In this document: positions 62,706 to 64,000 of the stretch, one piece after another | Layout: each line of letters begins with the position of its first letter | Position numbering within the stretch: the first letter of the stretch is position 1 | Notes under the pieces: generated by a model | Seen by the model: the letters and a program-made list of their open reading frames with translations, nothing else | Database searches by the model: none | What the model was told of the DNA's origin: nothing | Translations under genes and position numbers: made by a program | Assembly: GCA_965208105.1 (NCBI GenBank) | Contig: OZ242318.1 | Location: 2,688,001-2,752,000, forward strand | Reading direction: 5' to 3' | Source of the DNA: Candidatus Latescibacterota bacterium | GTDB lineage: Bacteria > Latescibacterota > UBA2968 > UBA8231 | DNA length: 64,000 nt

Positions 62706-62723
62706 GATACTGGCGTGCGACGT

Positions 62724-63236
62724 CTATTCCTCACCACTCCAGTAGTTTCCCGTCAGACCTTCTTTGACCTGTGTCCACACTGTCAGACCCTCACGTTCTT
62801 CACTCAAAGGTCCCTTATCAACCGCCAATGTACCACTCAGCGAAACCTTATCGCTGTCTGGATAATAACACGTGTCGAACTCAGGATTGTTTGATATTAC
62901 CAGATACTCGAAGTCGCTGTCGCCGACGTTTGTCAGCTGGTGCGCAACGCCAGGTTGACATTGAACTGCGTCGCCAGCTGCGAGATCGAGTGTCCCTTCC
63001 GCGAATCGCATCGTGGCTGATCCCCTGATCACGAGATAAAACTCCCACTGTGTCCCGTGCGCATGATAGGTGAAAGCCTTCTTCCCAGGTGGGACAATGT
63101 AGTTGTCTACTTCGAAGGGCCTCTTTGCTTCCAGGTCACCAATAGCCTTGCTCAAGCTCCTCTCGATTTTGCAATAGCGACTCTTGGGAGACTCGAGTCT
63201 CCTCTTTTCAATTTCCTCTATGTTGATCTTCTTCAT
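62724..63236 (-). CDS. cassette (first in array): cupin-domain protein
   Basis: PPGK...YHAH....EFYLV..G and PGVAHQLTN cupin motifs; YYPDS. Confidence 0.88.
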   Translation of the reverse strand: MKKINIEEIEKRRLESPKSRYCKIERSLSKAIGDLEAKRPFEVDNYIVPPGKKAFTYHAHGTQWEFYLVIRGSATMRFAEGTLDLAAGDAVQCQPGVAHQLTNVGDSDFEYLVISNNPEFDTCYYPDSDKVSLSGTLAVDKGPLSEEREGLTVWTQVKEGLTGNYWSGEE

Positions 63237-63292
63237 ACCTGTTCCAACCTCTGTTGATCTTGAAGGTTACCTTCCGTGCCATCCGCCAGTTC

Positions 63293-63332
63293 GCATAACT
63301 ACTTTTAATATGCGAACTATTGGTTCGCATAT
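63293..63332 (-). other. attI-like head site
   Basis: Last GCATAAC core is not followed by an attC body; instead an AT spacer and the perfect IR ATATGCGAAC-N5-GTTCGCATAT. Confidence 0.55.
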
Positions 63333-63361
63333 ATGCCATCGCGAGTTACTTATGTGACAAA

Positions 63362-63390
63362 AAGGTACCTGGTAGCGCAAACAGTCGCAA
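63362..63390 (-). promoter_or_regulatory. candidate cassette promoter (Pc-like)
   Basis: Minus strand TTGCGA-N17-TACCTT pointing into the array; motif resemblance only. Confidence 0.3.
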
Positions 63391-63641
63391 TCAAAATCCC
63401 CAAGGCGTATGCTTTACGTAATTCTTTGAAGTAGTTTGGATAGCACGACTTTCCCGAGGTCCAGCACACTTGGCACGCATTTCATTGGCGAGGGTCACAT
63501 CCGTTTGGCCTGGGAAAACGCACGATGCGGAGCGGATGGAGCACATAAAGGGCGTTACTAGGGAGTCGGTCTGGGGACAGGCCGTGGGGCGCTACGGGGT
63601 GTGAGTGCCTGGCACAGGATCGAAGCGGCTACTGCTATGCT

Positions 63642-64000
63642 TCATTCCAGTTGCGCCGCCAGCTCTTCTGCCGGATAGGTGAGGATTTCGGCGAGGGTCG
63701 GGTGGTAGTGGGGCATGCGGGCAAGATCCTCGACCGTGCCGCGGAAGTAGAGGAGGGCGACCAGTTCGTGAATCAGCTCCGCAGCCTGGGGACCGACGAC
63801 ATGGGCGCCGAGCACTTCGCCGCCGCGCGGCCGGCAAAGCAGTTTGACGTGGCCGTGGGTTTCACCCAGGCACATGGACTTGCCGTGGTCGTCGAAGGGA
63901 TAAGAGGCCACCAGGTAGGGAATTCCGCTCTCCCGGCACTGCTTTTCGCCGAGACCGACGCTGGCAACCGCTGGATCGGTGAAGATCACCGAGATATTGA
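63642..64000 (-). CDS. pyridine nucleotide-disulfide oxidoreductase C-terminus (Lpd/MerA-like), partial
   Basis: IFTDPAVASVG, GEVLGAHVVGPQAAELIHE and HYHPTLAE dimerisation domain. Confidence 0.85.
   Translation of the reverse strand, partial: NISVIFTDPAVASVGLGEKQCRESGIPYLVASYPFDDHGKSMCLGETHGHVKLLCRPRGGEVLGAHVVGPQAAELIHELVALLYFRGTVEDLARMPHYHPTLAEILTYPAEELAAQLE

Larger units (their letters stand above)
50400..63332 (-). mobile_element. integron-like gene cassette array: 13 cassettes, 13 attC-like sites, attI-like head, no integrase in window
   Basis: All cassette ORFs lie on the minus strand, are visibly lower in GC, and alternate with related AAC...GTT-bounded palindromes. Confidence 0.9.

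Noticed and set aside
63333-63641. Integron integrase gene or remnant at the array head
   Set aside because: Only about 300 bp, with no ORF showing tyrosine recombinase R-H-R-Y motifs.
63642-64000. Mercuric reductase (merA) call
   Set aside because: No C-terminal Cys-Cys pair and the gene is incomplete; left as a generic disulfide oxidoreductase.

Overview
A GC-rich bacterial chromosomal segment. PorV-like genes and proteins with C-terminal NYPNPFNP/FlgD-Ig sorting domains suggest an FCB-superphylum organism, possibly Latescibacterota-like (inference). Positions 1-41.5 kb are mostly housekeeping and envelope genes: fmt, yajC, tgt, purC, secA, nusB, rib operon, ftsY, queG, rseP, cdsA, uppS, dusB and ino1. 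This part also holds three copies of a 162-bp MITE, each at a TAG stop codon, and an IS110/IS1111 element inserted exactly into the end of one MITE copy. Positions 41.8-50.2 kb hold an uncharacterised module: membrane-fusion-like protein, VTC-domain protein, DUF4956 protein and two secreted CotH kinases. Positions 50.4-63.3 kb hold a lower-GC array of 13 co-oriented gene cassettes separated by 13 attC-like palindromic sites with non-canonical asymmetric arms. Each cassette is also bracketed by its own imperfect inverted repeat of about 14-23 bp. The array has an attI-like head site but no integrase in the window. One cassette carries an fchA-folD pair, one is interrupted by an IS630, and two genes are frameshifted. 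All calls were made by eye from the sequence and ORF track; no searches were run.
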